Below, piece after piece: positions 50,642 to 61,794 of a stretch of DNA of 64,000 bases (positions within the stretch are counted from its first letter, which is position 1; each line of letters opens with the position of its first letter). The DNA comes from Hydrolagus affinis. Taxonomy: Eukaryota. The DNA lies in assembly GCA_012026655.1 (NCBI GenBank), contig JAAILG010000024.1, forward strand, positions 124,001 to 188,000. Direction: 5' to 3'. The notes below the pieces were generated by a model. It was not told where the DNA came from. It saw only the letters and a list, made by a program, of their open reading frames with translations, and did no database searches. The position numbers and the translations under genes are program-made.

Positions 50642-51859
50642 GAAAGGTGTAAGGTATGAGCATTCAAATAAACTGCACCCCCACCCACCCCTAACACTAA
50701 TTCGATTTACAGACATTTTGGAAATGTGCAGATCACACCCCTCTTTCATAGCAGTCAGCAGTTGCTCATAGAATAACTTCCACCTGTTTTGATTCTCAGC
50801 TCAATCTACCCATCTATCATCCCATTATATATAGTAGTTCAAATCCACGATCTTCTCATTTCAATCCAACAAATCTTTGTTGACACTTATCAATGACACT
50901 GTCCACCATTTTTGCTGGCTGTTGGAGCTTTTTCCCACACAGTATAATTCCCTGAAATTTTATCCCCTGTTACACAGAAACATAATTGGAATTGAAAAAT
51001 TATCACTGGGATTATTTTGAAGCACGAGGAATGAATGAATGAGTCTCTCGGCATTAGAATGTATATTTTCCAGGTCTCTCTATGCTTTAAGTAACTGCTA
51101 CAATCAATTTTAGGAGACATCTGACCTTGTTTTAGATGTCTTCAGTTGCACCCACGACCTGAATTATCACACAAATGCACATAAAGTGTTGTCAAGCAGT
51201 CATCTAAGCGGATTTCAGTGCGTCCTCAGGAGGACTTGTTGATCTTATTGTACAGAGAGCCAGGGGATAATTTATCCCATTCTATCTTTACACTAATTAC
51301 AGTCAGGAATTTGGTTACAGAATTTTTTTTTGCAGTTGGTGTCCTAAATTAAGTTTGAATCACAAAATTAGTCCTTGATGAAAAGCTTCATCATTATCCT
51401 GATTATGTAAAATAATTATAACATAAGTGAATCTTTACAGCGCTAAGCTTTACAGAGTTACAGAGCTATCTCTAAATCTTGTTCATTATTTGTAAGGGTT
51501 ATGAAACAAAGCACTAATTAAAAGATGCTATCTTGAGAAGATGGTGCTGAAGTTTAGCAGAGAAGCTGTCGATGGAAGAATAAACGAGATTCCTGGCAAG
51601 CTGTTATACCCTGTTATTCTCATGAAATAAGATGTTGTTCTGCCTCTCAGTAGTCGGAAATCCATTAACCATGCACCCCATTATAATAAGACCCTTCAAC
51701 TAGCCAGCATTTCAAAGCTTCAACAACAATCTGAGATCCAAACAAAATCCTTGACATTGGGCCCCAAGTCAGACATTTGTGGTCAAGCCTCAAATCACAA
51801 TGTATTTTATTTGTGGCCAGTTTTCTTCCTTGTCTCCTGAGGGCTATGAATCCCTGCGC

Positions 51860-52315
51860 GATCATTCTTTATAGGTGCACTTGGATAGTGAGCGCTGGCA
51901 GTCTCCATGGCTATGTGGAGCATCATAGTATAAGTGTATCTGTCTGTGTCCTCTCCTGATGTCCATTCCTGCATGCTTCAGACAACAATAACGACAAAAT
52001 TACATTTGTATCATACCACTTAGGTTTAAACCTGTCCAAGTTTCCATCTAAGCAAAGGCCCTTTTCTCCCTTGGAGAAAAGGGCCTTTCACATCGGGAGC
52101 ACATCCCATACCAGGGGTCATTGGATGCCAATCGGGCATCTGCAGCGTTACTGATATGTTTTCCCTTGCATTGCCTGGTGGTAATGATGCCAATCGTAAC
52201 ACCACCTATGTTTCTTCCGATAGCATTAATTAACTTAATTAATGGATCAAATCTGGGTCATCTTGATCTGTCAGGTATTCATGATATATTTCCTCACTGA
52301 GCCATTTGGAGGAGA
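51860..52315 (-). mobile_element. Old tRNA-derived SINE of a further family, interrupted by an L2 tail (~51982-52108)
   Basis: Antisense head reads CTCCTCCAAATGGCTCAGTGAGG...CCCAGATTTGATCC (A/B-box-like); body CCAGGGGTCATTGGAT. The L2 tail (AAC)n AAAATTACATTTGTATC...GCCTTTCACATCGGGAG lies inside it. Confidence 0.6.
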
Positions 52316-52625
52316 ACCTTTGAAAAATATGGCAAATCACTGAATGAAGAAACTTTATATTAAAAAAAATACTTTTGCCAAGATGATGGGTTCAGAAATA
52401 TATATATTGAATGACCATATGATGCCATGCTAATGAAGTGCAGTTGATTAATTTTTCATTTGTATTGTCTGAACAACATGGAAAGTAAGGCCATCCTTGC
52501 ATTTGGTACAGTACTTTTCACATCAGGAGGATGTCCCAAAGCACTTTGTAGGATTTTGCTCCAAGGGAGAAAAGGGCCTTTGCTTAGATGGAAACTTGGA
52601 CAGGTTTAAACCTAAGTGGTATGAT
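52010..52625. repeat. Perfect 67-bp inverted repeat (52010-52076 vs 52559-52625) plus a 16-bp hairpin (52054-52088)
   Basis: ATCATACCACTTAGG...CCCTTGGAG is the exact reverse complement of CTCCAAGGG...CCTAAGTGGTATGAT. Confidence 0.97.
52492..52547 (-). mobile_element. L2/SINE-type tail fragment
   Basis: ATCCTTGCATTTGGTACAGTACTTTTCACATCAGGAGGATGTCCCAAAGCACTTT. Confidence 0.75.
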
Positions 52626-53245
52626 CATTGACTTCCACTTGTTTAATAAAATGGAGGGCATATTTGTTATGCTAGGGATTATAAAATATTGCAGGGATTA
52701 ATGAGCAATTAGGAGAAAATATTCCGATTGATGGTATTCAAATTTTGTGGATAGCCAGCGCTGTCGAAAATATATTAAGGAATTCATTATTTTATTATGG
52801 ATTTTGTGACATTAACACTGCAAAAAAACATCCATTGAATGGCCACCTCCCATCCCCCCACCTCGCTTTCTCCTCTGCTTATTATCTGGTTCTGGACACA
52901 CTCCAAGACATTAGCCTCTGGGAAGAAGAATATATAAACAGAAGTTGCTGTAGTAATTTTTTTAATGATATGCTAACTATATAATGTTTACTGATTTGTA
53001 CACACGAAATGTATTGACCACACAAAAGTCTCCTGTGGCTCAAACAAGGTTTCTATTATCAATTTTGTAGGATATATTAATTGTTAAAGGGGACCTTGTA
53101 TCATAATGTGCTCATTAGCTCAATTTCAAATAGAATTTCATCTGTAACTTAAACCTTAAAATCTTATCGCTCTGAAACATGACAGGTTAGGTAACCGCAG
53201 AAGCTTATTGAAGAGGCAGATTCATTCGCTTCATACTAACAATAT

Positions 53246-53561
53246 GGAGTCCTGTAGCTCAATGGGTAGAGCACTCATCTTACAAACATGAAACCTGTGT
53301 TCGAATCCAGGCATGTCAGAGCGAAACCTTGGGCACATTTCCTTGCTACACACTCCTAATAATAATCCTTCCCCCCCAAAAATAATAAAATTGGTCATTT
53401 CAATCCACGACTGTTTGTGGGACACTGCTGTGCACAATTGCCACAATTTTCGCCCACAAATATACAGACAATTCACTTGACAGCATATTCTGTGAAGCAC
53501 TTGGAGATGTCTAGAAGACGTGAAAAGTGCTATAACAAATTGCAAGGATTATTTTTATTAT
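53246..53561 (+). mobile_element. tRNA-derived SINE, full length (B-type head, A-type tail)
   Basis: GGAGTCCTGTAGCTCAA...GTTCGAATCCAGGC head; tail GAGATGTCTAGAAGACGTGAAAAG. Confidence 0.94.
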
Positions 53562-54229
53562 GTTTGGGCACTTTCTGTAGTTTTTTTCTCAATTTCTCAA
53601 TATTTTCCAAACTAGTCTTATTTTTCAGAACCTTGGGGAATGTTTATTATGTTAAGGAGGAGAAAAGCAATGACATACAATAACTTAAAACTGTGATCTT
53701 CTCAATGTCCTTAACTGGGCAGTAAAAATGTTTTTCTTTCAACTCAAAGTTCTTAGTTCTTCATGTTTCTCATCTAACCTATGGCTACTGTCTCTTATCG
53801 TTCAGATTGCATTCCCAGTCTTTCATCTATTGGCATTCTTAGCCTCACTATCTCCTATGATCTTAAATGAAACTCTCACTCTCATTGCTAAAGATGCCCC
53901 CAAGAAGCTTTGTTCTAATTTATGCAAATTACTTATTTTCCCCTCAGCAAATGTTCCCTCTCTATATAGTCAAGTCTATCCAAGACTTCAATACTGGGGA
54001 GATTACATAAAAAGACGTGACCTTTTCTCACTTATAACTTTGAAATACACTCTCTCTTTTTTCTCTCTCACACACATACGTCTGTTTATTTTCTTTTGTT
54101 TCTCTATTGTTGATTATCACTCTTCTGTATCTTTTTCCTAACCTTCAAATGTATTATTTTACGCACTCTTCTCATACATCTCTCTTCTCCTATACTATTT
54201 AAACCTTGGTAAGAGTCAAGCACACAGGG

Positions 54230-54503
54230 CAACAACAAAATTGCATTTGTATCGTGCCTTTCATGTCAGGAGGACGTCCCAAGGCACTGGACAGATGCTG
54301 CTTCAGACCCGGGCTGAGGACAAGGGAAGGGTGGGGAGGAGTTGCCAATGGGTCCATCGAAGAGGAGAGTATTGAGGCCAGACTTGAAGGAGGCCAGGGA
54401 TGGAGCAAGGCGGAGGGACTTCGGGATGGAGTTCCAGAGGTTGGGGGCAGAATGACTGAAGGCTCGCCCACCAATGGGCTGAGTGGGTGGGTAGGGGGAC
54501 ATC
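54230..54503 (-). mobile_element. 5'-truncated L2 LINE 3' end
   Basis: Antisense ORF PIGGRAFSHSAPNLWNSIPKSLRLAPSLASFKSGLNTLLF, followed by 3' UTR and tail. Confidence 0.95.
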
Positions 54504-54859
54504 AATAAAAACAATGCGGATGAGATAGAATTTATTGAAACTAATTGTTATTATGAGACTTCCTCCTTCAAATACAATAACATCTGTTGCATAGATCATC
54601 TATCATGCTATTGCTGTTTTATAGATTAGGTAATCATATTACCCAAAAGGCACATGTTTGATGCAGATGTCAGTTTTGCAGAAACGCCTAATAAAAATCA
54701 AAGATATAAATAAATAATTGTTATATACTGTATTGTACAAATATATTATTTAATTTGTCATTGAGGTTCTACAATAACCGACTGTAAAGGTAGGAAGTTA
54801 AAGAAGAAACAAATATTTTTCTTTCTGTAGGACTTACAATATTAAAATATTAACTTGTG

Positions 54860-55330
54860 AGGCTTCGAATTATAAAATGAATGGGACAGTGTCCGACAAT
54901 GACTTTCATGATGACTTGAACGGAGCTGTACCAAATGCATCAATTATTATCACCGTCATTATTATTCATTATTAACAAAGGAAATATGAATGAAGTTATC
55001 TCTGAGTCAAATTACAAACAATGCTGCAAATGTGAGGAAACAGAATCTGCCATTTATTGTATTGCCTCAATCAGGTCAGTAAATTGTCTTATTTGCCAAT
55101 GGAACTTTAGCTCCACCCTCTGGCAACGGTTTTAATATGTAGCCCATGAGTGCTGCAGAAACCAGAATAAGCAGTATTGCCACTAATTGCAATAATTTGA
55201 CAATGATCTTTATTTTCTACGGCCAAGTCGAATGTGTTAATTTGAATAAAGTCACAAATCTCTGGGGAGTGATCTGGCAGTTTGACTGTTCAATATTACA
55301 CTTCAGAAACAGTCCAGTTTCTAACTGTAG
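54860..55330. promoter_or_regulatory. Candidate conserved non-coding element
   Basis: Repeat-free; SOX-like AACAAAG/ACAATG, homeobox TAATT/ATTA and TGAGTCA motifs. Conservation not tested. Confidence 0.3.
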
Positions 55331-55361
55331 CTAAAGACAAAGAATGTACATTTCTTTAGAA

Positions 55362-55533
55362 AATAATAATCCTGCAATTGATGTAGAGCTTTTCGCACTT
55401 CTATACATCTCAAGGCACTTCATAAAATATACTGTAAAGTGAATTCAGTTTATTTTTATGGGCAAAATGGCAGTGTTCCACAAACAGTCATGGATTCAGT
55501 GACCACGCTCCATTTGTTTTTAACAATTATTAT
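55362..55533 (-). mobile_element. Degenerate SINE 3' half
   Basis: AATAATAATCCTGCAATTGAT...ATATACTGTAAAGTGAATT...CAGTGTTCCACAAACAGTCATGGATT. Confidence 0.85.
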
Positions 55534-57654
55534 CCCCAGAAAAGCGATCCGTCAATTGACTAACAACCGGATTCCTATTTACTGTTACATAAATAGAGAA
55601 ACAGTACTATGTAATATATAATTATACCCGCATATAATAGCTAATAAAGTATTTGCGATTACGCCATTCTGTAATGTCAGTTTCTGTCTCAAGAAAATAA
55701 GTTGTGAAATCTTGGGGCTTCTTTTATGAATATGAAATTGCTTTGCCAGCTTGTTTCAAAATAGAACTCTTTGCACCATTAACTTACCCACCAAGGAGAA
55801 AACTAGATGCAAAGGATGTTTATACGTAAATAAAAAAGAAGAGATGATTATAGATATATTTGTTGTATTTGTTCTGGTGGATTATTTTGGTCTTGTTTAT
55901 TCTGTCCTTGTCCAAAAATCATGCCAACCCACAAATCATTAGCTCTGGTAGCTTTTTAACATCAACATTACAATTCTATCTGAATAGAATATTGCTGATG
56001 TTGAAGCTACTGAATAGCTGAAGCCTGCATAAGACATTAGTCTGATTTGTTTCATTGTCAATGTGCTGTTACCCTGAGATAGTCCATTGCACCTCAAATT
56101 AAAATGATTGACAATACGTTTACTTTTAATTTTCCTTTATTTAGAGAAAAAAACAGCTATGTTCAAGACTGTGAACAAATGATTAGTTCTGAATATTATT
56201 GCTACCAGCAAACAAGTTTCATTAAATAACCTGGAATCAGCCCATATATCAAATGAAAGTTTTATGTTTCTAAACTTTAATAATTGAAGCTTTGTTTGAA
56301 AAAATAATCTAAGAATCTATGTTTGGTGACTGTAATGCCAGTTGAAGCAACATGCTCTATATCATTGTCAGGGGGTGACCTTTACAATAGATAACATACA
56401 CAAATTAAAGTTTAAAAAAGGATTAAATATGGCATTGATGATTCATGTATAATGTTAGGATCAGGACAGGTAGGGAGGAAAGCAAAGAGCAGGCAAAGTG
56501 CAGTGAGTAAGGCACACAGGTAATAATGTTGTATAAATAATCCCTTGGATGTGTGAAATAAGGTCTGCAAAACCAAGAGAAGTAATATGTTTGTTCTTTC
56601 AACCAGTCATTCCCCGTTGTTTTAATGCACTGCAAATCTTTTCGCACCCTTTAAACTACGATTTTTACACACGTTTAGAGAACTGAAACACATTTGGAAT
56701 TGCAGCAGGGATGCATTTCATTTTTCATAGAGCTGCTTTTTGCTTTCAGTAATAAAGTACATTTTATATCAAACACTATTGTTAAAATAAGTAATGATAT
56801 TACGTACAGTGATGCAAGAATACAGTGGCATCCTTGAACTCAACACTGTCTCTTTAACTGATTATACTCTCTTTTCATTCCTTTCTTGTTTGTAAGGTCA
56901 ATGTAGCCCAAGGGGCCAATAAAAAAAGTAACAGTGACTGCATCATTTTCCCCTGTATAAATAAAATATGTCCTTGGCCGACAAGAGACATTTCCCCTAT
57001 GTAGCACAGCAACATGTTATATCTCTCTCTGGAGTGACCCTTGGGGCAATATACAAAATACAATTGCAGTCAACACTACCTGTATATCATTTTTTGTAAT
57101 CAGTTGAAAACCGAGAGTCCCTGTAGGTCCAAAGCTGGTGTTTTATGGACAGTGTGGCATTGTACATTAAACAAAGACTTTCTTAGAAGAGTGATAGCTA
57201 TGATAATAGCTGCAATTGTTATGACAACCAGTAAAGTGCTAAAAGCTGCAACTCCTGCAAACTGTATTATACCAAAATCTGTTGTCATTTTTATTTTATG
57301 GTATGTCTATGATATTGCCATAATGAATCCAGAATAAATCATTTTAATTTCCATCACATATCACCGAAAAGCAGAGTATCTCAATTATTTCCTCAGGATT
57401 TTTAAGACAGGGTTTTGTTTCATAATCCAATGATAATTTGTATGTCAACACAGAAATATATGGAAATCACATGTATTCTTTGTCCACTGTCACTGTTGAT
57501 GTGCATCAGATACGTGGAATGAACTACTTGGTCTTATAGTACCTCTGAATTATTTTTTTAAATATTGTGGCCATAATTTATCACTACTTGTTGATAGATT
57601 CTCCATAAGCAGAGAATGCATCCAAGGGAATATTATAAATAATCTGAACAAACA

Positions 57655-57725
57655 CTTCGATCTCCAAGGGTTAAGAGGCGTCAACTATGAGTAACAATTA
57701 GATAAGATAGGGCTTTTCAACTAGG
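57655..57725 (+). mobile_element. CR1 ORF2 fragment
   Basis: GGGTTAAGAGGCGTCAACTATGAGTAACAATTAGATAAGATAGGGCTTTTC translates as GLRGVNYE*QLDKIGLF, homologous to GLRDFSYEETLDRLGLF. Confidence 0.7.
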
Positions 57726-58149
57726 TGAGCCAATATTATACAGATAATGTATTATATTGGGCACTATATACATATGTAAAATACACTAAGCAGCAATGAT
57801 CATTTCTCTGAACTATCTTTTAAAAATGTATTGATTTGTTAACTTGAGTAGAGAAGAAACAAAAGCTAAATTGTAGGAGATCTACATTGGCAAGATCGCG
57901 AAATAACTGCAGGAGAGTTTTAATGAAAATCAATGAAAAGGCTGGATCCTTTAAAAGGGAACAGTCTTTGCAATGTAAATGAATAAGTACTTGGAAAACA
58001 AAACCAATAAAAATCAATAGAAATAAAACTGCAGTTTAGGAATTCGGCTCTGCAAAACTAGTCGTCCTGGATATAAGTTGGACGAAAGCTGCAATGAAGG
58101 GTAACCAGAACCTAAATTGAATTGACATTTGCAGTGTTCTTTTCAGCAC

Positions 58150-58250
58150 AGGCTGAAAGTGCTTTGCTGGTGGACACGGATTCTAGAACAATCAAAATTC
58201 TGAGTTGCCTAACAATTCGATAAGTTAATGCAAGGATTATTATTATTATC
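58150..58250 (+). mobile_element. Degenerate SINE tail
   Basis: GAAAGTGCTTTG...AATGCAAGGATTATTATTATT. Confidence 0.5.
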
Positions 58251-59073
58251 ACTACCACAGAAAAGCTGAAATGGAAATTGCATGGATTGATCAGACACTG
58301 CTGGCTAAATATAAACCGAACCAATAAGCCTCGTGATTTCCTTGGGGATCATATTCCACGTATGGCATAAGTAACTTCTGTAATCACTGAACCTTCATGC
58401 CCTGGGTGAACACTGGCTCCTTTAAACATCCAGTGTTGAGTAACGCAGTCCCTTGTGAATGAAATGTTTGTTTTTGCAACGGTTGAGAGAACAGAAAAGA
58501 AACGCTGGAGGCTGGGAAAGTATTCTTTTCAATGAAAAGGTTCAGATTCAGCTGAAGTGCAACCAGGGTAGTCGCTCAGCAAATGTATAAAATGGCATGG
58601 TTACCTTGGGAACTAACTGTATTTGACTACACACAAGTGGGAAAATGTTCATCTAGGATAAGGGTGGATTAGGCTGTATGTAACCCTTCAGTGTGCCCAT
58701 TAAAATGCATGGATGATGTTCAATGTGCAGAGTCTCTTGGAGAATTTGGCCACTCTGTATGCCAACAGTTCGGATACTTAAAGAATAAGTGCATGCTCTG
58801 ACTATGAAGGAGACAGATCTTCAATTGCCTACTTATGCAGCAGATGCCCTCAGCTGAGTTTGCGGTGGTACAATTAGGGGACGTATCAGATGGATCCAAC
58901 CTCTCAGTGGGAGATGTGATCACTGTAGATGTGGATACTACAATGTTACTACTTAAGATCACAGCTCCTGGGATATTAATCCATTCTGTAATTTAATAGA
59001 ATGGTACATTAGCTTCTGCTCCTTGTTTGAATGAGTGGATGTGTGGCTTAAAGCTAATCACAGCACAGGCAAG

Positions 59074-59260
59074 ATAACAATAACAATAATAATAATCATC
59101 CTTGCATTTGATATAGCGGCTTATCACCTTGTCGAGACGTTGAGACTGCAGTGACTGTGTATTTCGCGGCAGCCAGTTTGCACATGGTAATGTCCTACAA
59201 ACAGCCAAGGAGTGAGTGACCAGCTTTTAAAAATTTACTTGGGGGATTGTTGGCCAGGAC
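59074..59260 (-). mobile_element. DeuSINE-type 3' half
   Basis: (AAT)n CATCCTTGCATTTGATATAGCG...GGCAGCCAGTTTGCAC...CAAACAGCC...GTGACCA. A Deu-core remnant lies at ~59510-59595 (-). Confidence 0.8.
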
Positions 59261-59828
59261 ATGAGGAAAAATCGTTGTTGGGCTGATGAAAATATATCAG
59301 TTTTTCTATTCTGTCCGCAATTTGTCCAGCTGTCATGGTGAGCCTTGGAATAAGTCTGTACATCCTCCAATACTGTTCTCCAGCACATAATCCTCCACGA
59401 TTTTCTCACTGCAAATTTCCCTCTGCTAAAGCCACCTTTCTCTTGCGCCCATTGATCAGATGACCCCTTGCATTCCTTACACTGTCCGTTATTTGTTCAA
59501 ACGCCAAGATATATGGAGAAATTCCTGTTCGCTTTCAAATAATATGAAGAAATCTTTACATCTACCTGAGCAGGAAGTCTTGACCTTGGTTTAATGGTTT
59601 AATGATTGCGCATGGCAGTATTTGCTAATACTGTTCTGTGGTTTATCATATGCTCCAGTGTACAGGAATCCCTGAGTTGAATATCGGTTTACCAGTTCAT
59701 TTGTTAAGAATAGCAGCCCATTAAATTAAATCCATTATCTCTGGATCCACACATAACCTTCAACCTTCTTGACTGTTATTGCCTATTTGTTCTCCCGTGC
59801 TTGTGTCCTGCTGGGAGTCTGATATTGT

Positions 59829-60145
59829 GGAGCTCCTGTAGCTCAGTAGTTAAGAGCACTTGCCTTACAAGAGTGAGACTTGTATTCGAATCCAGGTGGG
59901 TCAGGGTGAAACCTCGGGCAAGTTTCCTTGCTCCACACGCCTAATAATAATCCTTCCAAAAAAAAATAAAAAATTGGTCATTTCAATCCACGACTGTTTG
60001 TGGGACGCTGCTGTGCGTAATTGGCTGCCCATTTTGCCCACAAATATACAGTCAATTCACTTTACAGTATATTCTGTGAAGTGTTTTAAGACGTTGATAA
60101 GATGTGTAAAGCACTATATCAAATGCAAGGATTATTATATTATAA
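59829..60145 (+). mobile_element. tRNA-derived SINE, full length (subfamily B)
   Basis: GGAGCTCCTGTAGCTCAG...TTCGAATCCAGG head through the (ATT)n tail. Confidence 0.94.
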
Positions 60146-60356
60146 TATATGATATCAAACCTTATACAGTATCAAGGTTTAGACTGCTAGTTTGAACGTA
60201 ATTAAACAAATGACTGCTCTTTTTGTAAACCACTTATCATTCTTATACATCAATAATTGTTAAATGTAAAATCCTCCATGATAGTATACTGCTAGCGTTT
60301 CAACTTTGAAAACATTTCCTAAGGTGGCTAATCAAATATACATAAGGTCAAATTCA

Positions 60357-60420
60357 AACGACAACAAATTACACTTGTATAACGCCTTTCATGTCAGGAG
60401 GACATCCCAAGGCACTGAAA
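60357..60420 (-). mobile_element. L2 3' tail
   Basis: ACAACAAATTACACTTGTATAACGCCTTTCATGTCAGGAGGACATCCCAAGGCACTG. Confidence 0.88.
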
Positions 60421-61354
60421 CAGCGATGTTTCTTTGCAAATACACGTTGCAACATTATGAACTTAAATGGACATATAACAGATTCCAAATGAAAAATCTG
60501 CAAATGTTGATGTTCAGTAATGATAATGTCATGTTTATATAATAGTCCTAGTTGGTTCCTTTAATGGAATCTGTGTGAAACATTTGAAAGCATCAATGTA
60601 GGACTTTGTTATTGGTTTATTCGAATTTTAGAAAGGCGCTTGAAGTGCTGTGAAATCAACAGCAAGGAATGAGTTAAGTGGACAATTAGAAATTTGGCTG
60701 TTTATCTTTCCAGGGAGAATGTCACATGGACTCCCTTGTGTACTTTCAACTGAAACCAATTATGTTCGGCTCAAGGGAGGATGTCTCATGTATTTCTAGG
60801 TGCACTTTGAACAAGATATAATTTAAATAGAGCACGTCAAGGTCAACACTGTGAATGTTAAAAAGCAATTTAGAGAAGCTTTGCGGCACTATGTTTGTCC
60901 TATTCCCTAACAAGGTAAGTTCTTACACATCTAGGTATAAACTTTCGAACTATCTACCACCTGCATTGCTTGCGTCGCTTCCATGCCAACACCTACCTAT
61001 GAAAAATAGGTCATTCATTCATTCTCACAAATGCAGCTTGATTCAGACCTGAAACTAGAAAGCCTCAGTGGCATATTGAGTGAACAATGACAAGGGAGAA
61101 AGTAGTTGCATCAACTCCACCTTACATTGGATGTTCTTGGTTAAATTCTTGACTCTAATGCAAGTGAATACCGGTCTCCAGAAGGGGACATGAATCCAAG
61201 AACTAGTTTTCCTGCAAGTTTTTATTCAAATTAAATCCATAAGGGCGCAATGTCAACTTAACTTGGAAAGAACTTGATTGCACTCAAACCCACTACCACC
61301 ATTCTGTATTTTGTAGTAGCCAAATGCTCAGACTGGACTGTTCTTCCAATGGTA

Positions 61355-61419
61355 AACGTCCTCCCGACGTGAAAGGCACTCTACAAATGTAATTTTGTTG
61401 TTATTGTTGTTGTTGTTGT
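61355..61419 (+). mobile_element. L2 3' tail
   Basis: ACGTCCTCCCGACGTGAAAGGCACTCTACAAATGTAATTTTGTTG(TTG)n. Confidence 0.88.
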
Positions 61420-61794
61420 AAATGGGGCAGGTTCTGCATGGTAAATATTTCTTCTCTCCTCCCGGAATCCCTTTGCCGTTCGTCATCTTGCCAAAGAGGA
61501 CAAGCTTTGGTGGATTAATTCCCGCACACTCAGTTATGGGTTTGTTCAACACTGATTTGATTTGCGTGAAGGCATACCTCAGTGCTTGGGTGTTAGTACT
61601 ACAATGTGTTCATAGTGGGTTGAAAGTGCCAGTTCATAGATGTGACATCAGTAATAGGTCCATGTTTCATTGTTAAAGTAGGGTGAGATGATTACAATAT
61701 TGCACACTTTCTGTACCCAGATAATCTTTGAAATGTGAGAGTGCTCAGTTTGCCTTTGGATTCATCTCACATCTATAGTCAATAAGTCCATCAG

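Noticed and set aside
52010-52625. MITE with 67-bp TIRs
   Set aside because: No TSD, and the interrupted L2 tail and host SINE continue inside the supposed element, which fits a templated insertion better.
53728-54141. 137-aa hydrophobic ORF
   Set aside because: Arises from T/C-rich low-complexity sequence (F/L/S bias), probably a decayed repeat.
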